A DNA stretch of 63,919 nt, the filler included, from Vicugna vicugna (taxonomy: Eukaryota), in assembly GCA_013265495.1 (NCBI GenBank). It is 79 parts of 76 records of this genome, joined end to end, with 100 filler letters (N's around TTAATTAATTAA, not from the genome) between each part and the next. Parts side by side here need not be neighbours in the genome. Positions count along the whole stretch, not along the records: positions 1 to 894 come from MU057885.1; positions 995 to 1,851 come from PNXW01002254.1; positions 1,952 to 3,032 come from MU057888.1; positions 3,133 to 3,547 come from PNXW01002257.1; positions 3,648 to 4,233 come from MU057890.1; positions 4,334 to 5,224 come from PNXW01002262.1; positions 5,325 to 5,865 come from PNXW01002263.1; positions 5,966 to 6,712 come from PNXW01002265.1; 71 more parts are not named here. One strand, 5' to 3'. The notes under the pieces are model-generated. The model did not search any database and was not told the DNA's origin. It worked only from the letters and a program-made list of their open reading frames with translations. The translations under genes and the position numbers were made by a program. Positions 1 through 12,139 of the stretch are shown here, in pieces; the first letter of the stretch is position 1; each line of letters starts with the position of its first letter.

Positions 1-894
1 TCGGCCAGAATCTCTTTGTGTCTCCCATAAAGTCGAATTCAAAAGAACTGGGCAAGTCAGAAAGTACCTCGGAACCTCACCAGGTAGCTGATGACATGAA
101 GATCTTCCACTGTCTGCCCTTTCAAGTGCTGGAAACTGACCCGTGAACTCAGGTTTTGGGCTGCAGCAGTATCTCCAACTGACACAGCTTCCCGAAACAA
201 AGACCTAAGCCAAGCTCCACAGAGGGCGGCAGCCCCTCCATCACACTGATCCACCCACAGAACTNNNNNNNNNNNNNNNNNNNNNNNNNNNNNNNNNNNN
301 NNNNNNNNNNNNNNNNNNNNNNNNNNNNNNNNNNNNNNNNNNNNNNNNNNNNNNNNNNNNNNNNNNNNNNNNNNNNNNNNNNNNNNNNNNNNNNNNNNNN
401 NNNNNNNNNNNNNNNNNNNNNNNNNNNNNNNNNNNNNNNNNNNNNNNNNNNNNNNNNNNNNNNNNNNNNNNNNNNNNNNNNNNNNNNNNNNNNNNNNNNN
501 NNNNNNNNNNNNNNNNNNNNNNNNNNNNNNNNNNNNNNNNNNNNNNNNNNNNNNNNNNNNNNNNNNNNNNNNNNNNNNNNNNNNNNNNNNNNNNNNNNNN
601 NNNNNNNNNNNNNNNNNNNTGCTGAAATACCCGCACTCTCAAGACATGGATCCATTGGTTTCATGGGGGCTGAAATGCCTAGAAATGAAACCAACCCCAA
701 TGTGCACTTTACTGTCTGTTTCCTTTGCTCTTAGTACACTTTTGCAGAGCTACTTATCTTTGTTATAGGCTTATGCCATTTCTTCTCTACGTAGTGTAGA
801 ATATGGCATTCATTCATCCTGTTGGAAGACTTGCAAGGCTTTATCACGTACTATGAAACCATTTGATCCCAAATCGGCATTTGGGTTAGGTCAC

Positions 895-994
895 NNNNNN
901 NNNNNNNNNNNNNNNNNNNNNNNNNNNNNNNNNNNNNNTTAATTAATTAANNNNNNNNNNNNNNNNNNNNNNNNNNNNNNNNNNNNNNNNNNNN
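895..994. other. Artificial scaffold spacer N44-TTAATTAATTAA-N44 (first of ~78 copies, last core at 63807-63818)
   Basis: Identical 12-mer with six-frame stops, always centred in 88 Ns (N895-938, core 939-950, N951-994); sequence on either side is unrelated. Confidence 0.98.
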
Positions 995-1851
995 GTGTGA
1001 TTCTTGAAACTGGTGATAGAAAGAAGCTACGAAGTGAAAATAAATATATCAGAGTCCATAGGTAACATGTTTGGTGTTTGAAACATCTGTCAAGCGCATG
1101 TTTACAACTCAGAAATTCTTCTTTGTGTAATCCATGTTGCATGAAACATGTTCAAAATACGGAATGCCATGGTTATGTAAACAATGTAAATTACATGTGT
1201 ATTGTTGAGAATTCGCTCAGACACTGTTTTCTGGTGCCAAATGTCCGATTTTAGAACCTGGTTATAGGAAAAACCTATGAAGTCAGACTAAATAATTCTA
1301 AGTCTATATATGATTTGTTCGAGGGATGAAAGGTCAGTAATCCACATGCTCACAAATCAGAAATGCATGAATGCCAATTCGTCATACATGTAGCATTTCC
1401 GGTACCCGGAATGCCATGTTTTTGGAATTCATGTAAATTACACATCTGTTAGGTATATATCGCTCCAGAAAAATTATTCTGTGAAAAATGCATGAATTCG
1501 AACCTGGTGTTAGGGAAAGATTAGGAAAATGTGTACACGAGTCGAGATGATAATATTCCTTTTATAGAGGATGAAAAATTAGTAATCCACATGCTCTCAA
1601 CTCAGTAATGCATGTTTGTCAAATCCGGCATGTATGTAGCATGTAATGAACACGGAATATCATGTAGATGGAATGTATTCAAATTACAAATCTCTAGGTT
1701 AGAATTCTCTCCAACAGGGTTTTTCTGGGATCAAACTGTGATTCTTGTAACTGGTGATAGGAAGAAGCTACAAAGTCAAAATAAATATTTCAGATTGTAT
1801 AGGTATCTTGTTTGGTGGTTGAAATAACAGTCATGCGCATGTTCACAACTC
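995..1851 (+). repeat. Sat-B AT-rich satellite, ~741-bp unit of three ~247-bp monomers
   Basis: (G/C)TGTGATTCTTG recurs at 995 and 1736 (741 bp); AAATTACA and CATG(C/T)TC(A/T)CAA motifs recur about every 247 bp. Confidence 0.92.
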
Positions 1852-1951
1852 NNNNNNNNNNNNNNNNNNNNNNNNNNNNNNNNNNNNNNNNNNNNTTAAT
1901 TAATTAANNNNNNNNNNNNNNNNNNNNNNNNNNNNNNNNNNNNNNNNNNNN

Positions 1952-3032
1952 TTTCATGCATCACGGATTCCTCAAACATGTATTTCTGAGTTGCGAACAG
2001 GCGCATGACTGATGTTTCAAACACCAAACAAGTTACTTATGCACTCTGAAATATTTACTTTGACTTTGTAGCTTCTTCCTATCACCAGTTTCAAGAATCA
2101 CACTTTGATCCCACAAAAACCCTCTTGGAGCGAATTCTTCCCTAGAGATATGTAATTTGAATACTACATGATATTCCGTGTTCATTACATGCTACATAAA
2201 TGACTGATTTGACAAACATGCATTCCTGAGTTGAGAGCATGTGGATTACTAATCTTTCATCCTCTATAATACGAATATTTTCATCTTGACCCGTGTACAC
2301 ATTTTCACAATCTTACCCTAAAAACAAGTTCCAATCCGGGCATTTTTCACAGAAAGATTGTTATCGAGCGATTTCCATCTAACAGAAGTGTAATTTACAT
2401 GAATTCCAACAACATGGCATTCCGGGTTCCGTACATGCTACATGNNNNNNNNNNNNNNNNNNNNNNNNNNNNNNNNNNNNNNNNNNNNNNNNNNNNNNNN
2501 NNNNNNNNNNNNNNNNNNNNNNNNNNNNNNNNNNNNNNNNNNNNNNNNNNNNNNNNNNNNNNNNNNNNNNNNNNNNNNNNNNNNNNNNNNNNNNNNNNNN
2601 NNNNNNNNNNNNNNNNNNNNNNNNNNNNNNNNNNNNNNNNNNNNNNNNNNNNNNNNNNNNNNNNNNNNNNNNNNNNNNNNNNNNNNNNNNNNNNNNNNNN
2701 NNNNNNNNNNNNNNNNNNNNNNNNNNNNNNNNNNNNNNNNNNNNNNNNNNNNNNNNNNNNNNNNNNNNNNNNNNNNNNNNNNNNNNNNNNNNNNNNNNNN
2801 NNNNNNNNNNNNNNNNNNNNNNNNNNNNNNNNNNCAACAATCACACTTTGATCCCACAAAAACACTCTTGGAGCGAATACTTCCTTAGAGATATGTAATT
2901 TGATTACATTACATCTACATAATATTCCGTGTTCCGTACATGCTACATACAATACGGATTCGACAAACAGGAATTCCTGAGTTGAGGGCATGTGAATTAC
3001 AAATCTTTCATCCTCTATAAAAGGAATATTAT
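1952..3032 (-). repeat. Sat-B satellite (gapped)
   Basis: Reverse complement of the 995-1851 motifs. Confidence 0.92.
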
Positions 3033-3132
3033 NNNNNNNNNNNNNNNNNNNNNNNNNNNNNNNNNNNNNNNNNNNNTTAATTAATTAANNNNNNNNNNNN
3101 NNNNNNNNNNNNNNNNNNNNNNNNNNNNNNNN

Positions 3133-3547
3133 CGTCATTTATGTAGCATGTAATGAACACGGAATATCATGTAGATTTCAATCTATTCAAATTACATATC
3201 TCTAGGGTAGTATTCTCTCTAAGATGGTTTTTCTGGGATCAAAGTTTGATTCTTGAAACTGGTGATAGGAAGAATCTACGCAGTCAAAGTAAATAATTAA
3301 GAGTGCATAAGTAACTAGTTTGGTGGTTGAAACATCAGTCATGCGCATGTTCACAGCTCAGAAATGCATGATTGAGTCATCGGTGACGCATTAAACATCA
3401 TATTACGGAATGCCATGGTTATGTAAACAATGCAAATTACATGTGTTTTGGTGAGATTTCGCTCAAAGAGTGTTTTCTGGTGACAAATATCCGATTTTAG
3501 AACCTGGTGATAGAAAAAACTTTGAAGTCAGAGTAAATATTTCTAAG
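3133..3547 (+). repeat. Sat-B satellite
   Basis: CTGGTGATAGGAAGAA and GGAATGCCATGGTTATGTAAACAATG signatures. Confidence 0.92.
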
Positions 3548-3647
3548 NNNNNNNNNNNNNNNNNNNNNNNNNNNNNNNNNNNNNNNNNNNNTTAATTAAT
3601 TAANNNNNNNNNNNNNNNNNNNNNNNNNNNNNNNNNNNNNNNNNNNN

Positions 3648-4233
3648 GTCTTCAGTCACAGGTGTTCCCTGTTCGGTGAAGTCAGAGAAAAATCTTCCCT
3701 GAATATGCGGAGGCAGCCTCTGTAACTGGGATACTCTACAAACCCACCTAGCATTCCTTGGCACAGATACATTAGGAAAACCCACAGGGAGACGAGATTA
3801 GGCATTCCGTTAGAACCCACGCGCTGCCGACCGTTGGTGGAACCTCCCCACGCTCAGGATTCCGGAACAATTGTCAGTGCGTGGGGAACTCGAGAGACAA
3901 CTCCACGCAGNNNNNNNNNNNNNNNNNNNNNNNNNNNNNNNNNNNNNNNNNNNNNNNNNNNNNNNNTGGGGAGACAGCCTCTGTCACTGGGATATCCTGC
4001 AAACCCCCCTAGCATTCCCTGGCACAGAGAAATTAGGAAAACCCTCAGGGGAGACGAGATTAGGCATTCCGTTATAACCCACGCGCTGCCCACCGTTGGT
4101 GGAACCTCCCCACGCTCAGGATTCCGGAACCATTGTCAGTGCGTGGGGGAGCTCGAGAGACAACTCCACGTAGCTCTCTTTTTCACAACTGTTCCCTGTT
4201 CGGGGAAGCCCGAGAAATAACTTCCCTGACCTT
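3648..4233 (+). repeat. Sat-A ~267-bp GC-rich satellite
   Basis: Signature GGAACCTCCCCACGCTCAGGATTCCGGAAC..GTCAGTGCGTGGGGGAGCTCGAGAGACAACTCCACGCAG repeated in tandem. Confidence 0.95.
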
Positions 4234-4517
4234 NNNNNNNNNNNNNNNNNNNNNNNNNNNNNNNNNNNNNNNNNNNNTTAATTAATTAANNNNNNNNNNN
4301 NNNNNNNNNNNNNNNNNNNNNNNNNNNNNNNNNAGGGCTTTGCGTGTGCTTCCGTTAGATAGAAAGGGATGTTCATCTATACTCTTGGGTGTACTAACCC
4401 CGGCCTCCCGGACACAAAAGGCAGGCTGGCGTGGCCCCACCCGGCACCACCCGGCACCACCGTTGGTGCGGCTGAACGGATTCCCTCTCAGACGTTTCCT
4501 CCTCTTGTCTTTGGCAG

Positions 4518-4672
4518 GCCCATGCCCAAGTGGACAGCGGAGAAGGAGGCTGGTTCTGAAGCTCAGTCAAAAGGACGCTCTGCAAGCCCTCTTTCAACAG
4601 AACCCCTACCCTGGCATCAAGGCCCGAGAAAGCCTGGCCCGAGACCTGGGCATTCCCGAAAGCAGAATTCAG
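4518..4672 (+). CDS. DUXC: DUXC-like double-homeobox gene, internal exon encoding homeodomain 1 residues 1-46 (partial gene)
   Basis: Acceptor tttcctcctcttgtctttggcag (AG 4516-4517) and donor CAG|gtaaat (4673). Open frame [52 protein letters not shown] has homeodomain residues L16, F20, Y25, P26, R31, L34, A35, L38. The intron falls after residue 46, the conserved PRD/DUX-class position. RRRRLVL..SQK.ALQA.FQ.NPYP matches DUXC/DUX4-type HD1 from memory. Confidence 0.85.
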
Positions 4673-5324
4673 GTAAATCTCAGTCTCTGAATTATGAATT
4701 CCGCCTCTCTCGGGTCCGTGTCCCGACGCCCCCCACCCCGGCCCAAGCCGTGTGGAGTCCCACTTCCAGGACGGGAATCTGGCTGCCGAGGCTTAGCCTG
4801 GCTTTGTCTCACGTACGTTGGGAGGGACCCGAAGATAAGCCAGCCAGCATCAGGAAAAGGGGGGTCCTCTAATGAGCGTCTGTGCTGCAGGGTTTGCACG
4901 TGGCTTCCGAGCCCAATATGCAATTGGCTACAGACGCTTGATGGTGGAGGGCACGCTAGGGAGAGGACCCGTCTCCTCCCCTTGGTACTCCTGGTCTGGG
5001 TTCTTGAGGCAAGCCTGGACTCCACTCCCGAGAAGGAATGGCTGTCCCTTGGGAGAACAGGGCCAGGGGGAGCTGAGTGGCCCTGGGTACTATGCCAACG
5101 GGTGGGCAGGAATCGAAGCCCAGGGAACGAGGGTGCGTGAGGCGGCTTGTGCCAGGGAGTTCGGTCCCTTGTGTCTCATCCCCGAGGCACTACCACTGCT
5201 CAAGGCGTCCTGTCTGGTCAGCTGNNNNNNNNNNNNNNNNNNNNNNNNNNNNNNNNNNNNNNNNNNNNTTAATTAATTAANNNNNNNNNNNNNNNNNNNN
5301 NNNNNNNNNNNNNNNNNNNNNNNN

Positions 5325-5865
5325 TCCTGCAATCACCCCAGCATTCCCTGGCCTGAGACATTAGGAATAACCTCATTGGAGAAGAGCATAGGCATTCCGT
5401 TAGAACGAACGCGCTTCGACCGTAGCTGGAACCTCCCCACGCTCAGGATTCCGGAACCATTGTCAGTGCGTGGGTGAGCTCGAGAGACAACTCCACGCAG
5501 CTCTCTTCAGTCACAGGTTTTCCCTTTTCGGGGAAGTGCGAGAAATACCTTCCCTGACCTTGAAGAGGCAGCCTCTGACACTGGGATATCCTGCAATCAC
5601 CCCTAGCATTCCCTGGCACAGAGACATTAGGAAAACCCTCAGGGGAGACGAGCTTAATTCCGTTAGAACGCACGCGCTTCGACCGTAGCTGGAACCTCCC
5701 CACGCTCAGGATTCCGGAAGCATTGTCAGTGCGTGGGGGAGCTCGAGAGACAACTCCACGCAGCTCTCTTCAGTCACAGGTGATCCCTGCTCGGGGAAGT
5801 TCGGGAAATACCTTCTCTGACCTTGGGAATGCAGCCTCTGACACTGGGAAATCCTGCAATCACCC
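5325..5865 (+). repeat. Sat-A satellite
   Basis: Two tandem monomers, GGAACC anchors at 5428 and 5691. Confidence 0.95.
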
Positions 5866-5965
5866 NNNNNNNNNNNNNNNNNNNNNNNNNNNNNNNNNNN
5901 NNNNNNNNNTTAATTAATTAANNNNNNNNNNNNNNNNNNNNNNNNNNNNNNNNNNNNNNNNNNNN

Positions 5966-6712
5966 GAGGATGAAAGATAATTAATCCACATGCTCTCAAC
6001 TCAGGAATGCTTGTTTGTCCAATCAGTCATGTATGTAGCATGTAATGAACACGGGATAACATGTAGATGGAATCTATTCAAATTACATATCTCTAGGGTA
6101 GAATTCGCTCCAAGAGGGTTTTTCTGGGATCAAAGTGTGATTTTTGAAACTGGTGATAGGAAGAAGCTACAAAGTCAAAGTACATATTTCAGAGTGCATA
6201 GGTAGCTTGTTTGGTGTTTGAAACTAAAGTCAGGCGCATGGTCACAACTCAGAAATTCAAGTATGAGGAATCCGTGATGCATGAATCATGTTCGTAATAC
6301 GGAATGCCATGGTTATGTAAACAATGTAAACTACATGTGTATTGGTGAGAATTCGCTCAAAGAGTGTTTTCTGGTGCCAAATGTCCGATTTTAGAGATAG
6401 GAAAAACCTATGAAGTCAGATTAAATATTTCTAAGTGAATATACGCCGTGTTTGGTGGATGAAAGTTCAGTAATCCACATGCTCACAAGTCAGAAACGCA
6501 TGACTGCCGAATCCGTCATACATTTAGCATGTCCGGAACCCGGAATGCCATTTTGTTGGAATTGATGTAAATTACATATCTGTTAGGTGGAAATCGCTAC
6601 GGTACTATTTTTCTGTCAAAAAAGCACGAATTCGAAACTGGTGTAAGGGAAAGATTTTGAAAATGTTTACACATATCTAGATGAAATTATTCCTTTTATG
6701 GGGGATGAAAGA
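5966..6712 (+). repeat. Sat-B satellite, one full trimer
   Basis: G(A/G)GGATGAAAGA at 5966 and 6701. Confidence 0.92.
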
Positions 6713-6812
6713 NNNNNNNNNNNNNNNNNNNNNNNNNNNNNNNNNNNNNNNNNNNNTTAATTAATTAANNNNNNNNNNNNNNNNNNNNNNNNNNNNNNNN
6801 NNNNNNNNNNNN

Positions 6813-7613
6813 GCAAATCCCCCTAGCATTCCCTGGCACAGAGATTTTAGGAAAACCGTCAGGGGAGACGAGCTTAGTCTTTCAGTAAGAACCCACGCGC
6901 TGCCGACCGTTGGTGGAACCTCCCCACGCTCAGGATTCCGGAAACATTGTCAGTGCGTGGGGGAGCTCGAGAGACAACTCCACGCAGCTCTCTTCAGTCA
7001 CAGGAGTTCCCTGTTCGGGGAAGGCCGAGAAATATCTTCCCTGACCTTGAGTGAATGGGATATCCTGCAAACCCCCCTAGCATTCCCTGGCAAAGAGATA
7101 TTAGGAAAACCCTCAGGGGAGACGAGCTTAGGCTTTCCGTTAGAACCCACGCGCTGCCGACCGTTGGTGGAACCTCCACACGCTCAGGATTGCGGAACCA
7201 TTGTCAGTGCGTGGGGGAGCTCAAGAGACAACTCCACGCAGCTCTCTTAAGTCACAGGTGTTTCCTGTTCGGGGAAGTCCGAGAATAACTTCCCTGAACA
7301 AGCGGAGGCAGCCTTTTTCACTGGGATATCCTACAAACCCCCCTAGCATTCCCTGGCACAGAGATATTAGGAAAACCCTCAGGGGAGACGAGCTTAGGCA
7401 TTCCGTTAGAACCCAAGCGCTGTCGACTGTTGGTGGAACCTCCACACGCTCAGGATTCTGGAACCATTGTCAGTGTGTGGGGGAGCTCGAGAGATAACTC
7501 CACGTAGCTCTGTTCTGTCACAAGTGTTCCGTGTTCGGGGAAGTTCGAAAAATACCTTCCCTGAACAAGGGGAGGCAGCCACTGACACTGGGATATCCTG
7601 CAAACCCCCCTAG
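6813..7613 (+). repeat. Sat-A satellite
   Basis: Three monomers; CTGGGATATCC at 7321 and 7588 (267 bp apart). Confidence 0.95.
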
Positions 7614-7713
7614 NNNNNNNNNNNNNNNNNNNNNNNNNNNNNNNNNNNNNNNNNNNNTTAATTAATTAANNNNNNNNNNNNNNNNNNNNNNNNNNNNNNN
7701 NNNNNNNNNNNNN

Positions 7714-8492
7714 TATGCACCCAATAAGAGCACCTATGTACATACAAGAATTACTAACAGAGATAAAAGGGGATATTCATGGGAATACAATCATAGTTGG
7801 AGATTTTAACACTGCATTAACATCACTAGACAGATCTTCCAGACAGAAAATAAACAAGGCAACAGAGAAATTAAATACTACAATAGAAAAACTAGATTTG
7901 GTGGATATTTTCNNNNNNNNNNNNNNNNNNNNNNNNNNNNNNNNNNNNNNNNNNNNNNNNNNNNNNNNNNNNNNNNNNNNNNNNNNNNNNNNNNNNNNNN
8001 NNNNNNNNNNNNNNNNNNNNNNNNNNNNNNNNNNNNNNNNNNNNNNNNNNNNNNNNNNNNNNNNNNNNNNNNNNNNNNNNNNNNNNNNNNNNNNNNNNNN
8101 NNNNNNNNNNNNNNNNNNNNNNNNNNNNNNNNNNNNNNNNNNNNNNNNNNNNNNNNNNNNNNNNNNNNNNNNNNNNNNNNNNNNNNNNNNNNNNNNNNNN
8201 NNNNNNNNNNNNNNNNNNNNNNNNNNNNNNNNNNNNNNNNNNNNNNNNNNNNNNNNNNNNNNNNNNNNNNNNNNNNNNNNNNNNNNNNNNNNNNNNNNNN
8301 NNNNNNNNNNNNNNNNNNNNNNNNNNNNNNNNNNNNNNNNNNNNNNNNNNNNNNNNNNNNNNNNNNNNNNNNNNCCCCAAAAAGCAGCAGAAGGAAGGAA
8401 ATAATAAAGATCAGAGAGGAATTAAATACAATAGAGATTAACAAATTCATAGAAAAAATCAACCGAACCAAAAGCTGGTTTTTTGAAAAAGT
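7714..8492 (+). mobile_element. LINE-1 ORF2 fragment (endonuclease domain, gapped)
   Basis: LLTEIKGDIHGNTIIVGDFNTALTSLDRSSRQKINK carries the L1 EN GDFN motif; [13 protein letters not shown] follows the gap. Confidence 0.95.
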
Positions 8493-8592
8493 NNNNNNNN
8501 NNNNNNNNNNNNNNNNNNNNNNNNNNNNNNNNNNNNTTAATTAATTAANNNNNNNNNNNNNNNNNNNNNNNNNNNNNNNNNNNNNNNNNNNN

Positions 8593-9288
8593 TAATCCAC
8601 ATGCTCACAAGTGAGAAATGCATGATTGCCGAATCCGCCATGAATGTAACATGTACGTAACCGGAATGCCATGTTGATGGAATTCATGTAAATTACATAC
8701 CTATTAGGTGGAAATCGCTCCAGAAATATTTTTTTGTGTAAAATGCACGAATTCGTACCTGCTGTTAGGGAAAGCTTGTGAAAATGTGTACAAGGGTCAA
8801 GATGAAAATATTCCTTTTATAGAGGAGGAAAGATTAGTAAACAAGATGGGCTCAACTCAGGAATGTACATTTGTAGAATCCGTCATGTGTATAGCATGTA
8901 AGGAACACAGAATATCATGTAGATGGAATCTATTCAAATTACATATCTCTAGGGAAGGATTCGCTCCAAGAGGGTTTTTGTGGGATCAAAGTCTGATTCT
9001 TGAAACTGGTGATAGGAAGAAGCTACAAAGTCAAAGTAAATATTTCAGAGTGCATAGGTAACTTGTTTGGTGGTTGAAACATCAGTCATACGCATGTTCA
9101 CAACTCAGAAATGCATGTTTGAGGAATCCGTGATGCATGAAACATGTTCGTAAAACGGAATTCCATGGTTATGTTAACAATGTAAATTACATGTGTATTG
9201 GTCAGAATTCGCTCAAACAGTTTATTCTGGTGCCAATTGTCCCATTTTAGAACCTGGAGATAGAAAAATCTATGAAGTCAGAGTAAAT
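8593..9288 (+). repeat. Sat-B satellite
   Basis: Same three monomer types in the same order. Confidence 0.92.
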
Positions 9289-12139
9289 NNNNNNNNNNNN
9301 NNNNNNNNNNNNNNNNNNNNNNNNNNNNNNNNTTAATTAATTAANNNNNNNNNNNNNNNNNNNNNNNNNNNNNNNNNNNNNNNNNNNNAGAAAAAGATTT
9401 CTTTCTACTTCTAGGTTCTATATTATGCTACTCTAAATATACATACCCAAAGATGCAAAATTGGGAAGAGAATTTGCCTTAGAAAATTTAATAAACTGAA
9501 TGTATTATGTAAAAAAAAAAANNNNNNNNNNNNNNNNNNNNNNNNNNNNNNNNNNNNNNNNNNNNNNNNNNNNNNNNNNNNNNNNNNNNNNNNNNNNNNN
9601 NNNNNNNNNNNNNNNNNNNNNNNNNNNNNNNNNNNNNNNNNNNNNNNNNNNNNNNNNNNNNNNNNNNNNNNNNNNNNNNNNNNNNNNNNNNNNNNNNNNN
9701 NNNNNNNNNNNNNNNNNNNNNNNNNNNNNNNNNNNNNNNNNNNNNNNNNNNNNNNNNNNNNNNNNNNNNNNNNNNNNNNNNNNNNNNNNNNNNNNNNNNN
9801 NNNNNNNNNNNNNNNNNNNNNNNNNNNNNNNNNNNNNNNNNNNNNNNNNNNNNNNNNNNNNNNNNNNNNNNNNNNNNNNNNNNNNNNNNNNNNNNNNNNN
9901 NNNNNNNNNNNNNNNNNNNNNNNNNNNNNNNNNNNNNNNNNNCATAAAAACATTATATTTTATAAGCTAGGCATTTTGTAAAAATTAAGTAGAGACAGCC
10001 CTTGCCATCTGTAGTTTATAATCTTTACTTCTCCCAGTTTAATACATTATGGTAAGACAAACCTTATATTGAGCAAAAGAAGCCACAATAAAAGAACAAA
10101 TTGTACAATTTAATTTATATGAAGTTCTAGAACAGAGACAGAACTAATNNNNNNNNNNNNNNNNNNNNNNNNNNNNNNNNNNNNNNNNNNNNTTAATTAA
10201 TTAANNNNNNNNNNNNNNNNNNNNNNNNNNNNNNNNNNNNNNNNNNNNAATGCCGATTTGGAATCCAATGGATTCCTAGTCCGTGGTATAGACAGGCAAG
10301 TCTTCCAGCAGGATGAATGAATGCCATATTCTACACTACGTTGAGAAGTAATGGCACAAGCCTATAACAAGGAAAAGTAGCTCCGCAAATTGTACTAAGT
10401 TAAAAAGAGACAGGCAGTAAAGTGCACATTGTGGATTGTATCATTCCTAGGAATTTCAGCCCCCTTGAAACAAATGGATAGATGTCCCGTGAATGCGGGT
10501 GTTTCAGCAGAAATCAACCGACGGCTATGTATTGCNNNNNNNNNNNNNNNNNNNNNNNNNNNNNNNNNNNNNNNNNNNNNNNNNNNNNNNNNNNNNNNNN
10601 NNNNNNNNNNNNNNNNNNNNNNNNNNNNNNNNNNNNNNNNNNNNNNNNNNNNNNNNNNNNNNNNNNNNNNNNNNNNNNNNNNNNNNNNNNNNNNNNNNNN
10701 NNNNNNNNNNNNNNNNNNNNNNNNNNNNNNNNNNNNNNNNNNNNNNNNNNNNNNNNNNNNNNNNNNNNNCACTGACAAGATGCAGCAGCCATTGGGGATG
10801 GCAGTTAGCGGTTGGATTCCAGGTGGAATGTTGGTGTGTACCGCGAGGCTTGTTGTGGCTGGTGGATCCTAGGTAACCGGGCAGAGTTCTGTGGGTGGAT
10901 CAGTGCGATGGTAGGGCTGCCGCCCTCTGTGGAGCTTGGCTTAGATCTTTGTTCCTGGAACCTGTGTCAGTTCGAGATACTGCTACTGCCCAAAGACCTG
11001 AGTTCANNNNNNNNNNNNNNNNNNNNNNNNNNNNNNNNNNNNNNNNNNNNTTAATTAATTAANNNNNNNNNNNNNNNNNNNNNNNNNNNNNNNNNNNNNN
11101 NNNNNNCTGGGTTGTCCTTTCACAGCTGCCTTTACCCCTGGAGGAGGGTGGATGGGGAGTTGGCCAGGGCTGGGGGCTTGCGGGAAGGGGTACGCTGGCA
11201 CCGTGAGGACCAGCCGACCCCCATTCCCACCTTGAGAAGCAGCTGAGCAGTCAGCTTGGGATAAGCAGGGGATGAATGAAATGCACCTGAATTTCAAGAA
11301 CTTGTAAAAGGCTCACATTGGATCCTTTCTTGGGAGGTAGAACTGAGACACAGGTCGGTTACAGGGGACAAGCCCCAGGAAGGTGGAGATGGTCTCTCAG
11401 AATATAAACCCGCCTTACTTCCCTGACGTGCCAGGAGCACTAGCATTCTTAGTAGGGGTCTCCTGAAGGCCGTGGGGCCATGGGCACTCCCACCGCCCCC
11501 ATGTAGAGTCTCTCTGGTCATCTCAGCCGGAGGAAGGGGGAGACACCTGCTTCCAAGAAGCAAAGGAGTGGGCAGGGTNNNNNNNNNNNNNNNNNNNNNN
11601 NNNNNNNNNNNNNNNNNNNNNNNNNNNNNNNNNNNNNNNNNNNNNNNNNNNNNNNNNNNNNNNNNNNNNGGGCTAAGAGGGAGGGCTGCCCCGCCTGAGT
11701 CCCGGTGTGGCGGCGCCCCTGTGCTGTGCGGGGCTGCTGGAGGCCGAGGCAACTCAGCCGGTCCTAGAGTTCAGGGTATTTGCAGAGGGATTTTTCATAG
11801 ATTCCTCAGCCGGGGGGTGTTTGTAGAGGCCTGGAGCATAGCTTCTGCCTTCAGGGGCCTTACCTCTTAGAAGGACAGGATAACGTGTGAAAGAAGGCCC
11901 AGTGCAGGGCAGGAGATGCAGGGTCCAAAGGGTGGCCAGATCCCTGGTGACCCAGAGCTGAGCTGGGTCAGGCCGAGCAGGGGAGGTGGCACCAAGCAGG
12001 GGAGGTGGCACTGAGCGGGACCTCCTGGATGGACTCGGANNNNNNNNNNNNNNNNNNNNNNNNNNNNNNNNNNNNNNNNNNNNTTAATTAATTAANNNNN
12101 NNNNNNNNNNNNNNNNNNNNNNNNNNNNNNNNNNNNNNN

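Noticed and set aside
60..180. Faint resemblance of HQVADDMKIFHCL..TQVLGCSS to C2orf78/DUF4629-type proteins
   Set aside because: Too few identities, recalled from memory and interrupted by stops; needs a profile search.
4369..5276. Other long ORFs overlapping the DUX contig (167, 148, 134, 118 aa)
   Set aside because: Alternative frames and GC-rich intron sequence with no recognisable motifs; no VWFQN exon is present on the contig.
6957..7497. Recurrent ORFs such as MGELERQLHAALFSHR and MVEPPHAQDSG as a protein family
   Set aside because: They are translations of the Sat-A monomer in several frames on both strands, with variable stops and frameshifts and mostly non-ATG starts.
8708..9061. 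117-aa ORF and relatives (1612, 5990, 47107)
   Set aside because: Chance open frames in Sat-B; stops are not conserved between copies.
11107..12039. GC-rich piece with TATAAA (11403-11408) and TGACGT as a promoter or gene
   Set aside because: Only short motifs; ORFs unrecognisable and span gaps.
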